Shown here one piece after another: positions 18,596 through 27,029 of a stretch of 64,000 bases of DNA (position 1 is the stretch's first letter; every line of letters starts with the position of its first letter). Under the pieces are notes generated by a model that was not told where the DNA came from, made no database searches, and saw nothing but the letters and a program-made list of their open reading frames with translations. The position numbers were made by a program, and so were the translations under genes. The stretch is from Escherichia phage vB_EcoM_G5211: sequence record MK327947.1; one strand, given 5' to 3'.

Positions 18596-19416
18596 TTAGT
18601 CACCTCACCGAAAATTGTAAATTGTCTACGATTCTCATCGCCGAAAGATTCTACTACGTCGTTTACCTTGACGCAAGTCCCGCGCGGTAAAATTACTTCA
18701 CATTCGCAAGGGTTCCATGCAATGGACCCAACAACAAAACCTTTATGATCTTTTACATCAATCACCCATGATACATTACAAGAATGTTGCATCTTTCCGG
18801 TCATGGATTCATATCGATTCTCACAATAAAGGCTAGTGCTGTTTGATAGCCAGCCTCCAAAGATGATCGGTGTCATGCTGGTCGATACAAAGTTTTTAAA
18901 GGTAAACTCCTTATCTTCAATGATACGCTCTATTGTCTGAATGTCAAGATGTTGACCGCGATAAAGAGTACCGTTTAACTTTTCGGTTTTATCCATGACG
19001 CAATCCATCAAATCGACAATCTCTGATATCTCATCGGTCATGTCTTCTTCCCCTAAGAGAGCACCATTTACCCATTCGTATTGCTCAGACACATAATCAC
19101 AGATTGCATTATATTCTGCTGGGGTTATGTTGTTATGTTTGTAATGTTTGAATACATTATCTCCAAAGTCTTCGGAGTGTACTTCATACATCACATTAAT
19201 GATTTTCTTGACAAATCCATAATCTTGTGTCTCACGCTCAAGGAAGCGGATAACCTTCACATAATCATCAAAGTTAATCTGATCGCTGATCATCTCAGTG
19301 ATCATGTAACCATTAATACCCTCAATGTCATATGTTTCGATGTAATTATCCATACGTTCCATCATTGATTCGCGTGATTCTTCTGAAAGACGAAAATCCT
19401 GTAATTTCTTGAACAT
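18592..19416 (-). CDS. ADP-ribosyltransferase, Alt paralog (274 aa)
   Basis: C-terminal FVSTS..IFGGW..ECEVILPRG parallels the Alt catalytic region (YVSTS..IFGGW..ECEILLPRG); GGGAGG RBS. Confidence 0.7.
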   Translation of the reverse strand: MFKKLQDFRLSEESRESMMERMDNYIETYDIEGINGYMITEMISDQINFDDYVKVIRFLERETQDYGFVKKIINVMYEVHSEDFGDNVFKHYKHNNITPAEYNAICDYVSEQYEWVNGALLGEEDMTDEISEIVDLMDCVMDKTEKLNGTLYRGQHLDIQTIERIIEDKEFTFKNFVSTSMTPIIFGGWLSNSTSLYCENRYESMTGKMQHSCNVSWVIDVKDHKGFVVGSIAWNPCECEVILPRGTCVKVNDVVESFGDENRRQFTIFGEVTK

Positions 19417-19430
19417 TTTAAACCTCCCAT

Positions 19431-19468
19431 ATAACAGAAAACGGGGCTAGTATAAAACTAGTCCCCGT
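19431..19468 (-). terminator. hairpin with U-run downstream of alt
   Basis: ACGGGGCTAGT..ACTAGTCCCCGT inverted repeat followed by a U-rich run on the - strand. Confidence 0.5.
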
Positions 19469-19494
19469 TTGAGTCAACCATTATTTCTTAAAAA

Positions 19495-21546
19495 TTACAT
19501 TTTAAATTTATCTGGCATTGCGTCTACAGATACCAGATCAGCGATAAGCTGACGTAGAGTTGCCTTATCTGCTTTCTTACGTTCGGTTTTAGCTTCGCTA
19601 ATGAAGCTGGAGAAAGACAGGTCAGAAGCAGGTTTAATAACACCTTCACGGATGAATGCATCACCGTCCGCGATCATCTCGCCAGATTCTTGTAATGCTG
19701 CCAGTTCATTTTTGTTCATAATATGTGCCTCAATGTAATAAGTTTCTTGTGAATCCGTCGATGCCGTAGCACGAGTTACCGTATCAAAGGATAACACAAC
19801 ACCGCGAGGAAGTAAAATCTCGCATTCTTTGTAAGCAAATGCTTTGTTACCTACTGGCAATACAGGGATGTTTTCCGCGCCAGCAATGGAGAAAGCAACA
19901 TTAGCGCCACCTTCACCGCGAGAGCCAGCCATAGAATCAACACCAGCAACGGCACTAGCCACGTTTGCATTCCAGCCGCCAAAAATGTTAGGTGCAAGGG
20001 AAGTGCTCACATAGTTTTTAAAGTAAAACGCTTTTTGCTTACGTGCAGTTTCCCACATTTGCGACCGGAAGTCCATACCACGATACAGAATAGTACCCGG
20101 ATCAAGTTTAACGCCATAGTTGGAGAAGGCATTATCCAGTGCATCGCACATCTTGACCAATTCTTCTGGATCTGCGATGCCTTCAAACTCTTCCAGCTTA
20201 CGGTCGGTTAGGAAGTTGTTCATATTGATGTATGCTGCATCGGCATATTCGCTCAACACAAAACCTTCCGCGCCCGGCAGATCAAGATCAATATCTGCCA
20301 TCATTTCACCCATGTTGCTAGCAATTGCTTCAAACATACCGGAAGCAACATTACGTAGGGCATCGGTTTTAATCTGGGTGATGTGACTACGCAGCATTTC
20401 AGCTTTTACATCTGCTGGCATAGACTGGTCTACTCGATCCATTGCCAGGGCGGTGATCTTGTTTTCGAATACTTCCTCGCTCATGATTTCTTTTAAGCGT
20501 TTGATTGATGCTGCGATAACTTCCGCAGACAATGGATCATATTGATCCTGAACTTTTACCAGTTCGCTTACTGCGTATTTTGCATCGGCTTCGCTTTCAA
20601 AAATAGTACGCATGAAACCATAGCGAGTGATAATATCACTTGTCCAGTCATTCAGAGAACGGGCGGTTGAACGTTCTAAGGCTTGACGATCAATCAGAGT
20701 ATTAAACTGTTTCTTAGGTTCGGCTTCGGTGATATCTTCTTCCGGTTTAAGATTAATTTTTTCTGGATGATTCACATAGTCGCTGTTATAGGTCGCTTGA
20801 GTTTTCAGCATTTCTTCTTTAGTCAAACGAGATTTAGCCGCTACGCGTTGTTCTGCTTCCGCGTTTCGTTCTTCTTCTGACACAAGACTAGCCGCATATG
20901 CCTCATCTTTAGTCAGAGATTCACCAGTAGCCTTAGATACCCAGCGATCACCTAAATCACTTTCTACTTTAGTGAACAAGGATTCATCAAGTTTAATCCC
21001 TTTAATCTTATCAATCGCCATCCCGCGACGCTTGACAACAACTAAAGCGATCTTTTTGCTGGTCATTACTTCCTGCTGGAATACTTCAAACTTCGGTGTA
21101 CGACGCACCAAACGCTCTATAACGCGCTTAACCAGTTCGGTCTTACCTTTCATGCGGGATACGTTAAAACGGAACATAACAGCGTCTAATTGCGCTTTAC
21201 GGGCTGTTTCCATAACCACATCAAAAGCACTTGACATAACTGCAATCGGGTTATCGCCTAGACCATTTTTAAGCTGTACAATACGACCGCTTTTGTTCAT
21301 TTCGCACAGTACAACATGTGCGGTCTTGTCACCCATACGAATGATTTTAGGTGTTTTGTTGGTGAAGTTACAAAGACGGACAATCACATCTTTATCGCGT
21401 GTCTGTACTGCAAAAAGCTGTTTAGGATTCTGCTTAGGCTTTAAGCACTGTACCGGAGCAATACTGCCAAAGTTTTCTTCCTCTTCCGTCAACAGCCATT
21501 TCTCGAAAGATTCAATCATTAGATCGTCGATTTCTAAGTTAAACAT
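19495..21546 (-). CDS. alt: Alt ADP-ribosyltransferase
   Basis: 683 aa (T4 Alt is ~682 aa); C-terminal ART motifs; AGAGGA RBS. Confidence 0.9.
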   Translation of the reverse strand: MFNLEIDDLMIESFEKWLLTEEEENFGSIAPVQCLKPKQNPKQLFAVQTRDKDVIVRLCNFTNKTPKIIRMGDKTAHVVLCEMNKSGRIVQLKNGLGDNPIAVMSSAFDVVMETARKAQLDAVMFRFNVSRMKGKTELVKRVIERLVRRTPKFEVFQQEVMTSKKIALVVVKRRGMAIDKIKGIKLDESLFTKVESDLGDRWVSKATGESLTKDEAYAASLVSEEERNAEAEQRVAAKSRLTKEEMLKTQATYNSDYVNHPEKINLKPEEDITEAEPKKQFNTLIDRQALERSTARSLNDWTSDIITRYGFMRTIFESEADAKYAVSELVKVQDQYDPLSAEVIAASIKRLKEIMSEEVFENKITALAMDRVDQSMPADVKAEMLRSHITQIKTDALRNVASGMFEAIASNMGEMMADIDLDLPGAEGFVLSEYADAAYINMNNFLTDRKLEEFEGIADPEELVKMCDALDNAFSNYGVKLDPGTILYRGMDFRSQMWETARKQKAFYFKNYVSTSLAPNIFGGWNANVASAVAGVDSMAGSRGEGGANVAFSIAGAENIPVLPVGNKAFAYKECEILLPRGVVLSFDTVTRATASTDSQETYYIEAHIMNKNELAALQESGEMIADGDAFIREGVIKPASDLSFSSFISEAKTERKKADKATLRQLIADLVSVDAMPDKFKM

Positions 21547-21579
21547 TTTATATCCTCTAGTTGATAACCTATAAACCTA

Positions 21580-21607
21580 TATTTATGAAAAGGGGGCTTA
21601 ACGCCCC
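21580..21607 (-). terminator. hairpin GGGGC-guuaa-GCCCC with U-run (- strand)
   Basis: Sits between the stop of 21613..21825 and the alt RBS; same hairpin recurs at 25614. Confidence 0.5.
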
Positions 21608-21612
21608 ATTTA

Positions 21613-21825
21613 TTATAATGCACCATCGAGCAATTGCTCTAAGGTGTATCCTGAATAGTCTTTTTCAATCAGGATATATTTTCCTACTCGTTTAATACAA
21701 CCACGCATTTCAACGTATTCTGCGTAGTTGATGGTACGAGTTGTTCCATCTTCCAGTAATGCAGTACCGATTTCGTTAATGCGGTCATAAGTTACGTCGG
21801 TAATGATGATTTCGATGTTAGCCAT
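21613..21825 (-). CDS. small early hypothetical protein (70 aa)
   Basis: AAGGAG RBS; preceded by a promoter/stem-loop cassette. Confidence 0.6.
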   Translation of the reverse strand: MANIEIIITDVTYDRINEIGTALLEDGTTRTINYAEYVEMRGCIKRVGKYILIEKDYSGYTLEQLLDGAL

Positions 21826-21893
21826 TTGATACTCCTTAGTAGTTCGTTTCGGTATGGGTGTATTATGATATACACCCTCTGTTATGTCAACAA
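21826..21893 (-). promoter_or_regulatory. early promoter plus stem-loop cassette (PeSL-like)
   Basis: On the - strand: A-tract, TTGACA, palindrome GGGTGTAT..ATACACCC over a CATAAT -10, conserved leader CAUACCGAAACGA, then GGAG RBS. Confidence 0.6.
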
Positions 21894-21896
21894 CTT

Positions 21897-22076
21897 TTAG
21901 AACATTTTTGAAATTAATTCTGCTTTGATTTCGCAGAGAACATCTAAAGATTTCTCGTCACCCGCTTTTGCTGCTTCTGCTTGCATTTTTGAAATGGCTT
22001 CAATGTCAGTGCAATTATAAGCCGCTTGAACTTTAGCGATTGCGATGATTGCCGATTCGATGGTTAAGTGTTTCAT
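21897..22076 (-). CDS. small early hypothetical protein (59 aa), not in the ORF track
   Basis: ATG directly follows a cassette leader; translation MKHLTIESAIIAIAKVQAAYNCTDIEAISKMQ... Confidence 0.5.
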   Translation of the reverse strand: MKHLTIESAIIAIAKVQAAYNCTDIEAISKMQAEAAKAGDEKSLDVLCEIKAELISKMF

Positions 22077-22138
22077 GTTTGATTCTCCTTTCGTTTCGGT
22101 ATGTGTGCATTATAGGGGATCTCCGACCCCCCTGTCAA
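22077..22138 (-). promoter_or_regulatory. early promoter plus stem-loop cassette (PeSL-like)
   Basis: TTGACA-18-TATAAT with GGGGATC..GACCCC stem in the spacer. Confidence 0.6.
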
Positions 22139-22145
22139 CAACTTT

Positions 22146-22664
22146 TTAGTTATTTTTTAATTGCTCATCTTGCAATAGGGCAATCACATGCTGGCGATGT
22201 TCTTCCGATTGAGGAACACCGAAAAAGTTTGTTTTGTAGAAATACTCTAATCGGTCTTCTCGTGTGCTCTCTTCCATCATGATCGCGGGTAGTCCGAGAT
22301 TTCGGAAACGTCGCTTTTCTGCTGGCGTAAAATCACTGTAATACAACATAGAATCATCATTACCAGCAATGCTAAACTCATCATTCATGAAGGAGAATAT
22401 TGCGTTTAAACGCTGTTTACCGTCCACGATTTCGATCTCATAGCGAGAGCCATCATCAATCTTAGCCATTGCGATAGCACCAACCGGAAAATCATTAATC
22501 AGGTTTTCGATAAACATACGTTTGTTTTCGGTGTCCCATACCAAAGGACGCTGATAATCTGGGTTCATGTTGATATAGCCATCTTCTAACCATGCATCAT
22601 AAACAGAGATGACAAAGTTTTTAGTATTGGTATAGTAACGGCGTTTAGGCGTTAAACGGTTCAT
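22146..22664 (-). CDS. DUF262 / ParB-like (DGQQR-type) domain protein
   Basis: PDYQRPLVWD ... IVDGKQRLNAI matches the DUF262 N-terminal signature; internal ATG abuts the stop of the upstream ORF. Confidence 0.7.
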   Translation of the reverse strand: MNRLTPKRRYYTNTKNFVISVYDAWLEDGYINMNPDYQRPLVWDTENKRMFIENLINDFPVGAIAMAKIDDGSRYEIEIVDGKQRLNAIFSFMNDEFSIAGNDDSMLYYSDFTPAEKRRFRNLGLPAIMMEESTREDRLEYFYKTNFFGVPQSEEHRQHVIALLQDEQLKNN

Positions 22665-22665
22665 G

Positions 22666-22995
22666 TTATAGTCTCCTGAATGGATCATCACGTAAATCAA
22701 TATCTTTTAAGAACTCATCCCATGAATGGCGGATATTGTTCTTAATTCTCCAGATAAGCGCAGGGATTGAACGCTCTCCCATCTGGAAGTAAGGATCATA
22801 TGATCCGTATGCCCAATATGCTACTACAATTCCACAGTCAGCGCAATAGTATTCTATTTCACTTGCTGGCGACCAAAGTCCATCAATATGATCAGTGATC
22901 TTGCTTTCGATGTTATGACTATGACAATCAGGGCAACGGATGCAATGACCTTGTTTATCGTAATTTGACGTTAGAGAATACTTAAACAATCTCAT
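22666..22995 (-). CDS. zinc-ribbon (CxxC..CxxC) protein
   Basis: CIRCPDC .. CADCG cysteine pairs; start overlaps the stop of the methyltransferase-like gene by 1 nt. Confidence 0.65.
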   Translation of the reverse strand: MRLFKYSLTSNYDKQGHCIRCPDCHSHNIESKITDHIDGLWSPASEIEYYCADCGIVVAYWAYGSYDPYFQMGERSIPALIWRIKNNIRHSWDEFLKDIDLRDDPFRRL

Positions 22996-23711
22996 TATAG
23001 ATCCTTATTGGCTTCAAATACTGCCTTTGCGAATCCTCGCGGGGTAAGTGACCTGATAGTCTTTGTTCTGGTTCCTTTCCCGCCTAGCTTAGAATGCTGT
23101 TTACTGTACCCTTTATTAATCTGCAACGGTTTCTTTTCTGGCATTATAAAGCCTTGTCCGGTCCATAAGCAAGTCTTTTTCGGGTACATATCACGGGCGG
23201 CAATATACTCAGGAAACGTAGGATGCTTATCATCTTCCGGCAAATAACCGCCATATTCCCACGGATGGAACATGTAATCAGGCTTACGCCACATACTAGA
23301 GATAACGCTTACAGGATTCTCTATCATGTAGGGAACTCCTAGCCATTCACCCAAATAAGCGGTTATTTTAGCTGTCCGTACATCATGAACTTGAATCAAT
23401 GGTCCTTGTTCTCGTTTCTTTCGTTCAAAGTGTGCAGCGCCACTAACAGCTAAATTGGTGCACGGTGGGAATGCAAAGATAATATCCGGTTTCCCCCATT
23501 CAAGGTCCATTGCTCTTTCCAGCCAGTTCAAATCAATCCAGGTGTTTACATAAGTAATGTTTGGATGTTCAAATCTGGTATTATACTTTTTGTATGTACC
23601 GTGGTCGGCGTCATCCGCATTAAAGCAGACTACCTTATGACCTGCTTTAGCCCATTCTAGCCCCATTATCCCCGATCCGTCAAAGTTGCAGAATATTAAT
23701 TTTTGTTTCAT
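22995..23711 (-). CDS. SAM-dependent C5-cytosine-methyltransferase-like protein (238 aa)
   Basis: FDGSGIMG (motif I-like), FPPCTNLAVSG (PC motif IV-like), MIENPVS (ENV-like), SLTPRGFAKAV; AGGGTGG RBS. Confidence 0.6.
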   Translation of the reverse strand: MKQKLIFCNFDGSGIMGLEWAKAGHKVVCFNADDADHGTYKKYNTRFEHPNITYVNTWIDLNWLERAMDLEWGKPDIIFAFPPCTNLAVSGAAHFERKKREQGPLIQVHDVRTAKITAYLGEWLGVPYMIENPVSVISSMWRKPDYMFHPWEYGGYLPEDDKHPTFPEYIAARDMYPKKTCLWTGQGFIMPEKKPLQINKGYSKQHSKLGGKGTRTKTIRSLTPRGFAKAVFEANKDL

Positions 23712-23949
23712 ATACCACCCTTTAACCCAGCACAGATTTTAGTCGGTTCTTTACCGTGCCACATTAAGTAAAGTCCGTTAATGCGACCTTGTTTTGTGTG
23801 TGATTCTTTTCTAATCTTCTTATAGTGTCGTGCTTCCTCAACTTATTGTTTAGAATACCAATCATAAAGGAAGAGGCACAAAGGCCAACCATTAGCGGCC
23901 TTAATGCAGTTATTAAGAAATTCCTTATTGCGTTTAATTAATTTTCTTT

Positions 23950-24201
23950 TCACGCTACCCCCATTGGTTTGATAGTAACAGAATCTAAAAGACCTTTGTT
24001 AGCCAGTTCGCGGCAAGTTTTCAGATCCGCAACTTCCCAGCCAGCCGCAATCAGGTTATCAATCAGGCTGTTAGCAACTTCTTCGCTCATGAAAGAGCAC
24101 TGTTTGCCGATGGTGTAGCGCACACGCTGTAATTTCAGTTTACGGAAGCCTTTAACGTTCAGGTCTTTAGCGATTTTCTTTGCGGTTTCGATGTTAGCCA
24201 T
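23950..24201 (-). CDS. small early hypothetical protein (83 aa)
   Basis: AGGAGAA RBS behind a cassette. Confidence 0.6.
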   Translation of the reverse strand: MANIETAKKIAKDLNVKGFRKLKLQRVRYTIGKQCSFMSEEVANSLIDNLIAAGWEVADLKTCRELANKGLLDSVTIKPMGVA

Positions 24202-24270
24202 TGTTTGATTCTCCTAAGTGGTATCTCGTCTTGATGGTTGTATTGTAGGGGAGTTATCCTCCCCTGTCAA
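24202..24270 (-). promoter_or_regulatory. early promoter plus stem-loop cassette (PeSL-like)
   Basis: TTGACA; stem GGGGAG-ttatc-CTCCCC in the spacer. Confidence 0.55.
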
Positions 24271-24284
24271 CACTTTTTATAAAA

Positions 24285-24452
24285 TTATTTGTTAATTTCT
24301 GGTGCGTTGCTAGGATAGTAACCTTCTTTAACTCCGAGGTATTTCGCAACCATCCCTACAATCTTCTGTGCTACTACAATGTCAAATTTCAGATAATCTT
24401 CGCCGTGGGTTTCAATGATATATGCTTCACATGCTGCTTTAGTCTCGAACAT
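24285..24452 (-). CDS. small early protein (55 aa), paralog A of 27551..27718
   Basis: MFETKAACEAYIIETHGEDYLKFDIVVAQKIVGMVAKYLGVKEGYYPSNAPEINK; nearly identical to the 27551 copy. Confidence 0.5.
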   Translation of the reverse strand: MFETKAACEAYIIETHGEDYLKFDIVVAQKIVGMVAKYLGVKEGYYPSNAPEINK

Positions 24453-24514
24453 TTTGATTCTCCTATTTCGTTTCGGTATGTGTGTAGTATAGGGGATCTC
24501 CCGATCCCCGTCAA
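24453..24514 (-). promoter_or_regulatory. early promoter plus stem-loop cassette (PeSL-like)
   Basis: TTGACG-17-TATACT with GGGGATC-tccc-GATCCCC palindrome in the spacer. Confidence 0.6.
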
Positions 24515-24528
24515 CAACTTTTTTAAAA

Positions 24529-24810
24529 TTATTCGTGATTAGTTTCGATATTGTGCATTTTGCACCAGTTCAGCCAATCGCCCAGATCTTTATAGTTGAT
24601 GCTTTTATCTGCTGCCATCGTTTTTGTCTTGATACCCATATGTGCGTTATGAGTAAGCATTTTTACAGTGAACTCAATTTTATCGCCTTTAGCTTTAACA
24701 TCAACCAGTTTGGTCCACTGGCTACCAGCGCCGCGAATGTTCATACCAACGATGTTTCCGATGTATGCTTCTTTGTTTTTCAGGATTTCGGTTGCTTTGA
24801 TGAATTTCAT
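24529..24810 (-). CDS. small early hypothetical protein (93 aa)
   Basis: ATG behind a cassette. Confidence 0.6.
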   Translation of the reverse strand: MKFIKATEILKNKEAYIGNIVGMNIRGAGSQWTKLVDVKAKGDKIEFTVKMLTHNAHMGIKTKTMAADKSINYKDLGDWLNWCKMHNIETNHE

Positions 24811-24872
24811 TTTTGATTCTCCAGTTCGTTTCGGTATGGGTGTATTATGCTATGTTCTTACTTTGGTGTCAA
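24811..24872 (-). promoter_or_regulatory. early promoter cassette (PeSL-like)
   Basis: TTGACA-17-CATAAT plus conserved leader. Confidence 0.55.
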
Positions 24873-24880
24873 CAACTTTT

Positions 24881-25150
24881 TTAGATATTTTCAGAAATAA
24901 ATTTTAAAACTTGACGTAAATGTTTCTCATCTTTGATAGTCGCCGGAAGTTCTTCTTTTACTTCCTGTGCAAGATAGATATTTCCGTTCCAAGTGAAAGA
25001 TCCGTCTTTGTTTACGCGATAGCTGAACATCCACTCGCAATCATTTTCGATTTCATATACACACAGAAGGGTGTAATCGTTAAAGCTATTGATTTCAAGG
25101 TCGAAGCCGTGACGTTTTGCAAAGTTGGTAGTGGTTTTAGTCAGTGCCAT
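24881..25150 (-). CDS. small early hypothetical protein (89 aa)
   Basis: ATG behind a cassette. Confidence 0.6.
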   Translation of the reverse strand: MALTKTTTNFAKRHGFDLEINSFNDYTLLCVYEIENDCEWMFSYRVNKDGSFTWNGNIYLAQEVKEELPATIKDEKHLRQVLKFISENI

Positions 25151-25219
25151 TGTTTGATTCTCCTAAGTGGTATCTCGTTTCGATGGGTGTATTATGCTAT
25201 AGGCTAGATCAGGTGTCAA
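25151..25219 (-). promoter_or_regulatory. early promoter cassette (PeSL-like)
   Basis: TTGACA-17-CATAAT plus conserved leader. Confidence 0.55.
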
Positions 25220-25243
25220 CAACTTTTTTAATTTTTTGGAAAT

Positions 25244-25269
25244 AAAAAAAGCCGACACTAAGGTCGGCT
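25244..25269 (-). terminator. intrinsic terminator (- strand)
   Basis: AGCCGAC-cuuagu-GUCGGCU followed by U7. Confidence 0.55.
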
Positions 25270-25276
25270 AATAAAA

Positions 25277-25585
25277 TCATTTAGACAAATAATCATTCTG
25301 TGCAATCCGGTCGGCGTATGCTGGTGTTATGTCAATCGCCAGCACTTTAACGCGTGCTTTCTTGCGACCTGTGTTTTCTCGTAACCAGTGCTCATGACCG
25401 TGAACATTTTTATACTGCGATGCTTCTTCGAAGGTACGGATCGGACCTGGATAATCTGCGTAAAGGATCTCTAGGTCTTCGGTGATGTAAAAATATACAT
25501 CATAATTACTGTTCTCTAGTTTAAGCAGAGACTTTCGGAACATTGGGAGATTTTCGCGGGTAAATTCAAAGATATTATCTTTCAT
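25277..25585 (-). CDS. small early protein (102 aa), member 1 of an H-x-H-W paralog family
   Basis: ..YFYITEDLEILYADY..HGHEHW..VKVLAIDI.. pattern shared with 26005, 26298 and 27016. Confidence 0.6.
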   Translation of the reverse strand: MKDNIFEFTRENLPMFRKSLLKLENSNYDVYFYITEDLEILYADYPGPIRTFEEASQYKNVHGHEHWLRENTGRKKARVKVLAIDITPAYADRIAQNDYLSK

Positions 25586-25607
25586 AGTATTATCCTCAAT
25601 AGTTGGA

Positions 25608-25630
25608 TGAAAAGGGGGCTTAACGCCCCC
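25608..25630 (-). terminator. hairpin GGGGGC-guuaa-GCCCCC with U-run (- strand)
   Basis: Between 25636..25923 and the RBS of 25277..25585. Confidence 0.5.
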
Positions 25631-25635
25631 ATATA

Positions 25636-25923
25636 TTAAAACAGACCTTCCTGTACACCGTAGTAGAGTTCATCGCTGATAATTTCATTAATGCGACGGT
25701 GTGCATATTCCTGATTTGCGAAGTTGTCAGCAAGTTCTACTTTAGTTTCGCCGTCATGAGTCCATTTAGTGATAACTTTACCATCTGCAAATTTGAAGTT
25801 GAACTCTTTAGCTACCGCATCGCGTACCAGACGTGCAAACTTATTGTTGCGGATTGCATTGTCGGTTTCGTGTGCAGCGTGAGCGAATTTGTTAACTTTC
25901 AGAGTGATAGTAATGTATGCCAT
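25636..25923 (-). CDS. small early hypothetical protein (95 aa)
   Basis: ATG behind a cassette. Confidence 0.6.
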   Translation of the reverse strand: MAYITITLKVNKFAHAAHETDNAIRNNKFARLVRDAVAKEFNFKFADGKVITKWTHDGETKVELADNFANQEYAHRRINEIISDELYYGVQEGLF

Positions 25924-25998
25924 AATTTGATTCTCCTAGTTAGAAAGTGTATCTCGTTTCGATGGGTGTATTATGCTATACACCCAACCTCATGTCAA
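25924..25998 (-). promoter_or_regulatory. early promoter plus stem-loop cassette (PeSL-like)
   Basis: TTGACA-17-CATAAT with GGGTGTAT..ATACACCC palindrome. Confidence 0.6.
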
Positions 25999-26004
25999 CA
26001 CTTT

Positions 26005-26283
26005 TTATAAAATAATTTTTTGATATTTTTCTATGATGTTCGTGTAATTCACATCAACCGCTAGCACCGTTGCTTCGAATCCACCGTTTAGCCAATGGCT
26101 ATGATCGTGATCGTGAAAGAAACCTAGACCAGTACGAAGACCTTCTTTATATTCGGCGCGTACATTTAGATCATCATCGATAAACAGATAAAACCATGAA
26201 TTTTTACTAGGATTGATGATACAACCTTTCAGATTCGGGAGAATATCACGACTAAGAATAAACTTATCACCTACTTTGAACAT
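26005..26283 (-). CDS. small early protein (92 aa), member 2 of the H-x-H-W paralog family
   Basis: ..FYLFIDDDLNVRAEY..HDHDHSHW..VLAVDV.. Confidence 0.6.
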   Translation of the reverse strand: MFKVGDKFILSRDILPNLKGCIINPSKNSWFYLFIDDDLNVRAEYKEGLRTGLGFFHDHDHSHWLNGGFEATVLAVDVNYTNIIEKYQKIIL

Positions 26284-26297
26284 AATATTTTCCTCAC

Positions 26298-26606
26298 TTA
26301 TAAAGTTTGACCGTTGTTTTTCGCATAATGCTTAATGCGTGCTTGATCTGCTTCCGCTGGTGATAGATTCCATGCAACCACTACAACTTCTGACGCATCG
26401 TCATCCGTTTCTGATACCCAATGGTTGTGATTCATACAGTTATTTGCTATCGAGTGAGCAAATGATTTCATCACTGGAGACGTATAATCATAGTAACGGA
26501 TTTTCAGATTTTCATCAACATACAAGTAGATCGTATAAGGTTTATATTCAGTAACCAGTAACAGACAGTTACGCAATTCTGGGAAAATCTTTTTAGTTAA
26601 TTTCAT
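26298..26606 (-). CDS. small early protein (103 aa from internal ATG), member 3 of the H-x-H-W family
   Basis: ..IYLYVDENLKIRYYDY..NHNHW..VVVVAW..; the ATG lies 1 nt from the stop of the upstream ORF. Confidence 0.6.
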   Translation of the reverse strand: MKLTKKIFPELRNCLLLVTEYKPYTIYLYVDENLKIRYYDYTSPVMKSFAHSIANNCMNHNHWVSETDDDASEVVVVAWNLSPAEADQARIKHYAKNNGQTL

Positions 26607-26607
26607 T

Positions 26608-26817
26608 TTATAATCCTCGGTCGCGGCTATAGTACACGGTACGCCATACAATTTCATGTTTCGTGTCGCTCCAGCACACGATCTCATTTACTCTTAAATC
26701 TTTGTTATCAACAAAAGATGAACATTGTGACGCTTCTTTCATCATTTTATCTGCTGTTTTCTCATCAAATACAGCACAGATTTCTTTATACACTCGATAA
26801 TCTTTAAACTTGCTCAT
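26608..26817 (-). CDS. small early protein (~70 aa), MSKFKDY paralog 1
   Basis: MSKFKDYRVYKEICAVFDEKTADKMMKEASQCSSF..; tandem paralog of 26820..27029. Confidence 0.55.
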   Translation of the reverse strand: MSKFKDYRVYKEICAVFDEKTADKMMKEASQCSSFVDNKDLRVNEIVCWSDTKHEIVWRTVYYSRDRGL

Positions 26818-26819
26818 AA

Positions 26820-27029
26820 TTAACACCAATCAAGAGTTTTTGAGAAAACCTCTATCCATTGTTGAGTATATGCGGTTTCTTTCCATGATACAATACCAGT
26901 AGAATAATGGTTTTTGTTTCCAGAAAATGACGGGCATTTTGATGCATCTTCCATCATCTTTTCGGCGAACTCTGGTTCGTATACTCGCAAGATCTGTTGA
27001 TATGCTTTATAATCTTTAAATTTGCTCAT
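26820..27029 (-). CDS. small early protein (~70 aa), MSKFKDY paralog 2
   Basis: MSKFKDYKAYQQILRVYEPEFAEKMMEDASKCPSF.. Confidence 0.55.
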   Translation of the reverse strand: MSKFKDYKAYQQILRVYEPEFAEKMMEDASKCPSFSGNKNHYSTGIVSWKETAYTQQWIEVFSKTLDWC

